In this document: positions 57,210-64,000 of the stretch, piece by piece
Layout: every line of letters begins with the position of its first letter
Numbering within the stretch: position 1 is the first letter of the stretch
Assembly: GCA_965248835.1 (NCBI GenBank)
Contig: CBDFLJ010000001.1
Location: 512,001-576,000 of the forward strand
Direction: 5' to 3'
DNA: 64,000 nt
From: Alphaproteobacteria bacterium
Lineage (GTDB): Bacteria > Pseudomonadota > Alphaproteobacteria > MPNO01
Made by a program: the position numbers and the translations under genes
The notes under the pieces: generated by a model
The model's database searches: none
Seen by the model: the letters and a program-made list of their open reading frames with translations, nothing else
What the model was told of the DNA's origin: nothing

Positions 57210-58028
57210 ATGGCCGACCAGGACCTTCCGGCGCTGCGGACCGTCCAGGCGGGCGGCCGGACGATCGCCTACCGGGAGGCGGGAAGCGGGCCGGCGGTGT
57301 TGGCCTTGCACGGCATCGGCTCGGGCTCTGCCTCCTGGGCCGCCCAGTTCGCGGCGCTATCGTCCGGGTTCCGGGTTGTGGCCTGGGACGCGCCGGGCTA
57401 CGGCGGCTCCGATCCGCTGCCCGGCGAGACGCCGAGCGCGGCCTGCTACGGCGACGCGGCGGCTGCGCTGCTGGATGCGCTCGACATCGGCAAGGTCCAT
57501 CTCCTCGGCCATTCCATGGGAGCGCTGATCGGCGCCGCGTTCTGCCGCCACCACCCCGGCCGGCTGCTGTCGGTGGTGCTGGCCGATGCGGCCGCGGGAT
57601 ACGCCAAGGCCCCGGACGAACTGCGTGTCGGCCGGCTGGAGGCGCGGCTCGCCGCGATGGCCGAGCTGGGACCGGTCGGGCTCGCGGCGCGCCGGGCGCG
57701 CGAACTGCTCTCGCCAGGCGCAACCGATGAGACCTACGAAATCGTCCGCGCGGCGCAGAGCCGGCTGCGCCCGGACGGCTATGCCCAGGCCGCGCGCATG
57801 CTGCACGGCTCGGATATCCACGATGATGCGGCAACCATCGCGGTGCCGGCGCTGGTGATGTGCGGCAGCGAGGATTCGGTGACACCGGAGGACATCAGCC
57901 GCCGCATCGCCCGGATTATTCCCGGCGCGCGCTACCGCACCCTCGAAGGCCTGGGGCACGCGAGCTACGTCGAAGGACCGGCGGTCTTCAACCAGGCGCT
58001 CACCGAATTCATCGACACCGTGTCATGA
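57210..58028 (+). CDS. Alpha/beta-fold hydrolase
   Basis: LHGIG, WDAPGYG, GHSMG, EDSVT, GHASY. Confidence 0.9.
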   Translation: MADQDLPALRTVQAGGRTIAYREAGSGPAVLALHGIGSGSASWAAQFAALSSGFRVVAWDAPGYGGSDPLPGETPSAACYGDAAAALLDALDIGKVHLLGHSMGALIGAAFCRHHPGRLLSVVLADAAAGYAKAPDELRVGRLEARLAAMAELGPVGLAARRARELLSPGATDETYEIVRAAQSRLRPDGYAQAARMLHGSDIHDDAATIAVPALVMCGSEDSVTPEDISRRIARIIPGARYRTLEGLGHASYVEGPAVFNQALTEFIDTVS

Positions 58029-58834
58029 GCGACAAGACGCCGCAGGACCGCTACATCGTGCCGGCATTGCAGCGCGGGCTGGCGATCCTCGGCAGCTTCG
58101 ACCGCGACCGGACGGTCCTGACGATGGTCGAGCTTGCACGGATCAACGCCCTGCCCCGCGCGACCGCCTTCCGGCTGGCGCACACCCTGGAAGCCATGGG
58201 CTTCCTGGTGCGCGAGCCCGGCGGGCAGGGCTATCGACTCGGCCCCGCCGTGCTGTCGCTCGGCTTCGGCTACCTCGCCGGGCTGGAGCTGCCCGGGATC
58301 GCGCGGCCGGTGCTGGAGCGTCTGCGCGACGCCACCGGGGCGTCCGCGCATCTCGCGGTCCGCGACGGGGTGGAGATCGTCTATCTGGTCCAGGTCTCCG
58401 GGCAGTCGGCGCTGACCAGCAATATCGGAGTCGGCTCGCGGCTGCCGGCGTATGGCTCGACCATGGGGCGGGCGCTGCTGCTGGACCTCCAGGCGCAGGC
58501 GCTTTCGGACATCTTCGGCGCCGCGCCGCTGGCGGCGATGACCGACCAGACCCCGGAGACGGTCGAGGCGCTGGCGCGTATGCTGGCCGAGGACCGCGGC
58601 CGGGGCTATGTCGCCAGCCGGTCGTTCTACGAGCGCGGGGTCGTCAGCGTCGCCGCGCCGGTGCGCGATGAAGCGGGCGCCATCGTCGCCGCCGTCAGTG
58701 TGGTCACCTCCGAGCATGCGCTGGATGCGGAGGCCATGCACGGCGCCGTGAAAGACCGGGTGCTCGAGGCGGCGGCGGAAATCTCGCAATGGCTCGGCCA
58801 TCACCCGGCCGGCCTGAGCAGCGCCGCGGAATAG
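58025..58834 (+). CDS. IclR-family transcriptional regulator
   Basis: VPALQRGLAIL, RATAFRL, GSRLPAYGSTMGRALL, SVAAPV. Confidence 0.92.
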   Translation: MSDKTPQDRYIVPALQRGLAILGSFDRDRTVLTMVELARINALPRATAFRLAHTLEAMGFLVREPGGQGYRLGPAVLSLGFGYLAGLELPGIARPVLERLRDATGASAHLAVRDGVEIVYLVQVSGQSALTSNIGVGSRLPAYGSTMGRALLLDLQAQALSDIFGAAPLAAMTDQTPETVEALARMLAEDRGRGYVASRSFYERGVVSVAAPVRDEAGAIVAAVSVVTSEHALDAEAMHGAVKDRVLEAAAEISQWLGHHPAGLSSAAE

Positions 58835-58852
58835 CAACGGACGGGGACGGGC

Positions 58853-59635
58853 GTGGATCTGGAGCTGACGGGCAAGGTCGCGGTGATCACGGGCGGCTCG
58901 TCGGGTATCGGCCTGGCCGCGGCGCGGCTGTTCCTCGCCGAAGGCGCGAAGGTTGCGATCTGCGGCCGCGATCAGGGCCGCCTGGACGACGCGGTCGCAG
59001 CGCTCGGTGCGGAGAACAGTTTCGGATTCGGCTGCGACGTGCTCGATGCCGAGGCGGTAACGCGGTTCCGCGACGGCGTCGGCCGACGATTCGGCCGCGC
59101 CGACATCCTGGTCAACAACGCCGGCCAGGCGCGGATGAAGCCGTTCGCCGAAACCAGCGATCAGGACTGGCGCGACGAGCTCGATCTCAAGTTCTTCAGC
59201 GTCCTGAACCCGACGCGCGCATTCCTGCCCTTGCTCGAAGCCGCCGCCCCTTCGGCGATCGTGTGCACCAACGCCCTGCTCGCCCGCAGGCCGGAGCCCC
59301 ACCTTATCGCCACCGGGGCTGCGCGCGCCGGCGCGCTGAACCTCGCCAAATCGCTCAGCCGGGAGTTCGCGCCCAAGGGGATACGGGTCAACTCGATCCT
59401 CATCGGCCTGGTCGATTCCGGGCAATGGCGGCGGCGCTACGAGAACGGCGACGGAGGTGGGCTTAGCATGGAAGAATGGTTCGCCGAGCTGGCCGTGGAC
59501 CGGGACATCCCGCTGGCCAGGCTCGGCAGCAGCGAGGAGGCCGCCAAGGTGATCGTCTTCCTGGCTTCGCCCGCGGCGAGCTTCCTGACGGGCTCGGCGA
59601 TCGAGGTCGCCGGCGGGCAGGGCCGCCATGTCTGA
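58853..59635 (+). CDS. Atypical SDR oxidoreductase (lacks YxxxK)
   Basis: TGGSSGIG, VNNAG, PEPHLIATGAARAG, SGQWRRR. Confidence 0.87.
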   Translation: MDLELTGKVAVITGGSSGIGLAAARLFLAEGAKVAICGRDQGRLDDAVAALGAENSFGFGCDVLDAEAVTRFRDGVGRRFGRADILVNNAGQARMKPFAETSDQDWRDELDLKFFSVLNPTRAFLPLLEAAAPSAIVCTNALLARRPEPHLIATGAARAGALNLAKSLSREFAPKGIRVNSILIGLVDSGQWRRRYENGDGGGLSMEEWFAELAVDRDIPLARLGSSEEAAKVIVFLASPAASFLTGSAIEVAGGQGRHV

Positions 59636-61289
59636 GCGGATCGGCGCGGGCGAGATCGTCGCTTCGTTCCTGGAGGCCTGCGGGGTCGAGGCGGCCTACG
59701 GCGTGATCAGCATCCACAACATGCCGATCCTCGATGCGATCGGCCGGCGCAACCGGATCCGCTTCGTCACCGCTCGGGGCGAAGGGGCGGCCGTCAACAT
59801 GGCCGATGCCCATGCCCGGGTCTCCGGCTGCCTCGGGGTGGCGTTCTCCAGCACCGGGACCGCCGCCGGCAATGCCTGCGGCGCGCTGGTCGAGGCCCAG
59901 ACCGCCGGCACCGCACTGTTGCACATCACCGGCCAGATCGAGTGTGCCTATCTGGATCAGGACAGGGGCTACATCCACGAGGCGCGCGATCAGCTCACCA
60001 TGCTGCGCGCGGTCTCCAAAGCCGCCTACCGCGTAATGAGCCCGCAGACCCTGCTCGGCACCTTGCGCGAGGCCGCCCGCGTCGCGCTCAGCCCGCCGGC
60101 CGGACCCGTCAGCATCGAGATCCCGATCGACATCCAGGAGGCCGCGATCGCGCGGCCCGGCGACATCGCCCCCGTCCCGGCGATCGTGCCCGAGCCCGAC
60201 CCGGCGAGCCTGGATGCGCTTGCCGACGCGCTGGCCGGCGCCAAACGCCCGATCCTGTGGCTCGGCGGCGGCGCGCGCGGGGCCGCGGCCGAGGCGCGCG
60301 CGCTGGTCGAGCTCGGTTTCGGCTGCGTGACCAGCATCCAGGGCCGCGGCACGGTCGCCGAGGGACACCCCCGCTCGCTGGGAGCGTTCAACTTCCAGCC
60401 GCCGGTCGAGGCGCTCTATCGAAGCTGCGATGCGATGCTCGTCGTCGGCTCTCGCCTGCGCGGCAACGAGACCCTGAAATATCGGCTCGCGCTCCCCGAC
60501 CCGCTCTACCGGATCGACGCCGATGCGCGGGCCGACGGCCGCTCGTTCGCAAACGCGCAGTTCATCGCCGGCGATGCCGCGCGGGCGTTGGGCGGGCTCG
60601 CGGACCGGCTGGCCGGCCGGATCGCGGTCGATGCGGGCTTCGATGCCGATATCGCCGCCGCGCGGCAAGCCGCCGAGACGGCGATGCGCGCCGCGCTCGG
60701 CCCCTACGAGCGTCTGGTCGAAGCGCTTCAGGACGCGGTGCCGGCGGATCTCGTCTGGGTGCGCGACATCACGCTGTCCAACAGCATGTGGGGCAACCGG
60801 AGGCCGCGCCTGTCGGGGCCGCGCGACGGAGTCCACGCACTGGGCGGCGGGATCGGCCAGGGCCTGCCGATGGCGATCGGTGCCGCGATCGCCGCCGGAG
60901 CGCGCAAGACCGTGGCCATGCTCGGCGACGGCGGGTTCGCCGTCACCCTGGGCGAGATCGCGACCCTCGTTCAGGAGCGGGCGCCGGTCGCGCTCATCGT
61001 CATGAACGACCGCGGCTACGGGGTGATCCGCAACATCCAGGACCGCCAGTTCGAGGGCAGGCGGTATTTCGCCGACCTCAGCCTGCCCGACCTCGGGAAA
61101 CTCTCCGAAGGGCTCGGCCTGCCGTTCCGCAGGATCGGCGAGGAGGACGCCATCGGCCCGGCGCTCGATTGGGCGATCGGCCAGGACGGGCCGGCGTTGA
61201 TCGAGATCGATATGATCGCATTGGGGCCTTTCGCGCGGCCTTTCGCCGGACCGCCGGTCCGCGAGGTCGAGATCGAGGCCAAGGCGTGA
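59628..61289 (+). CDS. Thiamine pyrophosphate-dependent enzyme (ALS-like fold)
   Basis: GVISIHN, ARGE, TPP motif GDGG...MNDRGYG. Confidence 0.9.
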   Translation: MSERIGAGEIVASFLEACGVEAAYGVISIHNMPILDAIGRRNRIRFVTARGEGAAVNMADAHARVSGCLGVAFSSTGTAAGNACGALVEAQTAGTALLHITGQIECAYLDQDRGYIHEARDQLTMLRAVSKAAYRVMSPQTLLGTLREAARVALSPPAGPVSIEIPIDIQEAAIARPGDIAPVPAIVPEPDPASLDALADALAGAKRPILWLGGGARGAAAEARALVELGFGCVTSIQGRGTVAEGHPRSLGAFNFQPPVEALYRSCDAMLVVGSRLRGNETLKYRLALPDPLYRIDADARADGRSFANAQFIAGDAARALGGLADRLAGRIAVDAGFDADIAAARQAAETAMRAALGPYERLVEALQDAVPADLVWVRDITLSNSMWGNRRPRLSGPRDGVHALGGGIGQGLPMAIGAAIAAGARKTVAMLGDGGFAVTLGEIATLVQERAPVALIVMNDRGYGVIRNIQDRQFEGRRYFADLSLPDLGKLSEGLGLPFRRIGEEDAIGPALDWAIGQDGPALIEIDMIALGPFARPFAGPPVREVEIEAKA

Positions 61290-61293
61290 TCGA

Positions 61294-62091
61294 ATGTTGA
61301 ACGTCGCTCTGATCGGCTTCGGCGCCATCGCCCAGGAGGTGATCAGCCATATCGGCGCCGACGACCCGGCGAAGATAACCGGTGTCATCGTCCGCCCCGG
61401 CCGCGCCGAGGCGGCCCGCGCGGTCCTTGACGCCGGCGTGGCGGTCGCGGAGTCCTTGGACGGGCTGCCCGCCAGACCTGACCTGATCGCCGAATGCGCC
61501 GGTCACGGCGCGGTCGCCCAATACGGCGCGGCGGCGCTGCGCCGCGGGATCGATTTCCTGGTGATCTCGATCGGCGCGCTGGCCGACCGCGATCTCGGCG
61601 CCAGGCTCGAGCAGGCGGCCGAGGCCGGCGGCGCCAAGCTCATCCTGCCGGCCGGGGCGGTCGCCGGGGCCGACGCGCTGACGGCCGCCCGCGTCGGCGG
61701 GCTCGCGCGCGTCACCTACACCTCGCGCAAGCCGCCCGGGGCGTGGAAGGGTACCCCGGCCGAGGCGGCCCACGACCTGGAGTCGATGTGCGCCGAGACT
61801 GTCCTGTTCGAGGGGCCGGCCGACCAGGCGGCCAGGCTCTATCCGCAGAACGCCAACGTGGCCGCGACCATTGCGCTTGCCGGCGCCGGCTTCGATGCCA
61901 CTGCCGTCCGGTTGGTCGCCGACCCGCAGGCCGGCGGCAATATCCATCAGGTCCATGCCGAAGGAGCGTTCGGCGCCTTCGACATCGAGGTGCGTGGCCG
62001 CCCGCTGCCGGACAACCCCAAGACCTCGACCCTGGCCGCCCATTCCGTGGTGGCCGAAATCCGCCGCCGCGCGGCCGCAATCGAGATTTAG
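61294..62091 (+). CDS. nadX: L-aspartate dehydrogenase-family protein
   Basis: IGFGAIA, ECAGH, SIGALAD, RKPP, YPQNANVAA, NPKTS. Confidence 0.88.
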   Translation: MLNVALIGFGAIAQEVISHIGADDPAKITGVIVRPGRAEAARAVLDAGVAVAESLDGLPARPDLIAECAGHGAVAQYGAAALRRGIDFLVISIGALADRDLGARLEQAAEAGGAKLILPAGAVAGADALTAARVGGLARVTYTSRKPPGAWKGTPAEAAHDLESMCAETVLFEGPADQAARLYPQNANVAATIALAGAGFDATAVRLVADPQAGGNIHQVHAEGAFGAFDIEVRGRPLPDNPKTSTLAAHSVVAEIRRRAAAIEI

Positions 62092-62096
62092 CCGAG

Positions 62097-63026
62097 ATGA
62101 TCATCGACTGGCACACCCACGCCTACCCGCCTGAAGACCAGGCGCACGCGTTCTGGAAGGGCCGCTGCCCGATCACCATCGAGAACGTGCTGGCCGCCCA
62201 CGAGCGCGGCGGCATCGACGTCACCGTGATCAGCAACCCCTTTCACGAGCTCGCCCAGATGGAGCCGGACGACCAGCTCAGGAACGTCCGGCGCATGAAC
62301 GACTTCCTGGCCGGGCAGCGGGACAGGCACCCCGACCGGCTGGTCGCCTTTGCGACCGGCGTTCCCTGTGGCGGCGACGGTTTCCTCAAGGAGACCGAGC
62401 GCGCGGTCCGCGCGCTCGATCTGCGCGGGGTGATCGCGATGTCGAGCCTCAAGGGCGCCTATCCCGACGACGACGCGGCGAAGCCGTTCTTCGGGCTGAT
62501 CGAGGCGCTCGGCGTGCCGGTGATGATCCATCCGCCGGCCGTTGCCTTCGGCGAGGAGCGGCTGCGCGAGTACCGGCTGGCCTCGAGCATCGGCCGGCCG
62601 GCGGACAACTGCCTGGCCATCGCCCGGCTCCTGGTCCGCGGCATTTTCGAGCAGTTTCCCGACCTCAAGCTGGTCGGCTCGCATCTCGGCGGCGGCATTT
62701 GCGAAGTGATCGGCCGGATGGAATACGCCTACGAGCTCCAGGACGAGGCCTATTTCCTCGGCCCCTACGAGCCGATGCTGATCCGACATTCGCCGATGCA
62801 CTATCTGAAGATGATGTATCTGGATTGCGTCTGCTACCACGCGCCAGCCGCGCGGTGCGCGATCGAGACCATCGGTGCGGACCGGATCATGTTCGGCACC
62901 GATTCCCCGCCGCTCTACCCGTTGAAGGAACGCGGCCTGGAGGTAATCCAGGGCCTTGGGCTCGCTGCGAGCGAGGAGGCGAAAATCCTGAGCGGCAACG
63001 CGAAGCGCTTATTGAAGCTCGACTGA
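62097..63026 (+). CDS. Amidohydrolase-2 family protein (ACMSD-like decarboxylase/hydratase)
   Basis: IDWHTH, MIHP, HLGGG, MFGTDSP. Confidence 0.87.
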   Translation: MIIDWHTHAYPPEDQAHAFWKGRCPITIENVLAAHERGGIDVTVISNPFHELAQMEPDDQLRNVRRMNDFLAGQRDRHPDRLVAFATGVPCGGDGFLKETERAVRALDLRGVIAMSSLKGAYPDDDAAKPFFGLIEALGVPVMIHPPAVAFGEERLREYRLASSIGRPADNCLAIARLLVRGIFEQFPDLKLVGSHLGGGICEVIGRMEYAYELQDEAYFLGPYEPMLIRHSPMHYLKMMYLDCVCYHAPAARCAIETIGADRIMFGTDSPPLYPLKERGLEVIQGLGLAASEEAKILSGNAKRLLKLD

Positions 63027-63051
63027 TTTGCAAACCAGGGAGGCAAGACCG

Positions 63052-63678
63052 ATGAGCGATGCGGCAAACGTTCAGGGCCAGGTGCTGGACGACAAAACCA
63101 TCGAGCCCAGAGGGCACTATGCGGGCGAAGTCAGGGCGGGAGAGGTATTCCGGATCATCGATATCGAGGGCGAGCAGGTCGCCGATTTCCTGTGCTTCAA
63201 CCTCGCCCGGCTGGAAGAGAAGCTCTCGCCGCACAACACGCTGCTGTTGAACGGCTCGGTGTTCCCCGGCATCGGCTACACGCTGTTCTCCGATGAGGCG
63301 GGCAGGCTGATGACGATCACCGCCGATACCTGCGGCACCCACGACATGATCGCCGGCGCCTGCTCACGGTTCACCAACGAATACCGCTACCACATCCCGG
63401 ACCTGCCCAACTGCCGCGACAACTTCGCCGCGGCGCTGGCCCCCTGGGGGATCACCTGGAAGCAGGTCCCCTACAACATGAACGTCTTCATGAACTGCCC
63501 GATCCAGCCCGACGGCGGCTTTTCGATCGAGCTGCCCAAATCCAAGGCCGGCGACCATATCGACTTCACCGCCGACATGGATGTCCTGGTCGCCATGTCG
63601 AACTGCCCGCAGGAGCGCAACAAGTGCAACAACTTCAAGGTCAAGCCGATGCGGGTCATCCACTACCGCCCGGGCTGA
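63052..63678 (+). CDS. DUF1989 / urea carboxylase-associated family protein
   Basis: DIEGEQVADF, DTCGTHD, GACS, NCRDNF, NVFMN, SNCPQ. Confidence 0.87.
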   Translation: MSDAANVQGQVLDDKTIEPRGHYAGEVRAGEVFRIIDIEGEQVADFLCFNLARLEEKLSPHNTLLLNGSVFPGIGYTLFSDEAGRLMTITADTCGTHDMIAGACSRFTNEYRYHIPDLPNCRDNFAAALAPWGITWKQVPYNMNVFMNCPIQPDGGFSIELPKSKAGDHIDFTADMDVLVAMSNCPQERNKCNNFKVKPMRVIHYRPG

Positions 63679-63702
63679 GCCGGCGATCCCGGGCGCGGGA
63701 CC

Positions 63703-64000
63703 TTAACGCTGGGCCAGATTGCTGACCTGGCCGGTGTCGTCCAGCCGGTTGCCGCCGGTGTCGATATCCGGCTTCAGGCGCTCCCATTCGTCGAGATAGG
63801 TGCGGGTGTGGCCGCGGAAGTGCGGGATGACGTAGCGCGCGAACAGCTCCAGCGAACGGCGCAGGCGCGGCGTGTCGGTCCACTCATGGGTGGTCAGCAT
63901 CAGCCCGCCGAACCCGCCGGTCTCGGCCTGCTTCCGCTCGATCCAGGCGATCGCGTCATCGGGGGTGCCGACGATCCAGTCGCGCCGCTCGATGCAGGAC
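63703..64000 (-). CDS. LLM-class flavin-dependent monooxygenase, C-terminal part (5' end outside window)
   Basis: WIVGTPDDAIAWI...GGFGG...HEW...SLELFARYVIPHF. Confidence 0.85.
   Translation of the reverse strand, partial: SCIERRDWIVGTPDDAIAWIERKQAETGGFGGLMLTTHEWTDTPRLRRSLELFARYVIPHFRGHTRTYLDEWERLKPDIDTGGNRLDDTGQVSNLAQR

Noticed and set aside
61294-62091. nadX as part of an NAD biosynthesis operon
   Set aside because: No nadA or nadC in the window; context is catabolic
1-64000. CRISPR arrays, tRNA/rRNA, riboswitches, prophage or known defence genes
   Set aside because: None recognised by eye; intergenic gaps are short and no regularly spaced repeats were seen. A covariance-model scan would be needed to exclude small RNAs

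Overview
GC-rich (roughly 65-70% by eye) chromosomal window from an alphaproteobacterium, inferred from a petC 3' end next to mtnP-mtnA, GTTC-N7-GTTC LexA boxes before imuA-imuB-dnaE2, and an RpoH promoter plus ROSE-like leader before ibpA. About 55 CDSs, mostly catabolic or accessory. I saw no rRNA, tRNA, CRISPR array, integrase or transposase. Main points: (1) an 11-gene Rieske oxygenase operon with a cupin, a TPP enzyme, a NadX-like dehydrogenase, an ACMSD-like amidohydrolase and a DUF1989 protein, preceded by stacked palindromic operator candidates; I cannot assign its substrate, and an N-containing aromatic or heterocycle is my inference; (2) mtnP-mtnA followed by a class II aldolase-SDR fusion and a Zn alcohol dehydrogenase, which looks like a variant DHAP shunt for MTA/5'-deoxyadenosine; (3) a hybrid gentisate-dioxygenase/CmtC-CmtD-like ring-cleavage cluster; (4) an A/T-richer locus with a large lipoprotein-trypsin protease gene split by one base in an A5 run, coupled to a TraT-like lipoprotein; (5) several apparent deletion scars (a 38-aa hpnB remnant, an ABC ATPase stub, a leaderless mini-ORF), split hpnC/hpnD genes and an orphan lptD. 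All calls come from motif recognition by eye without database searches. Start codons are best estimates.
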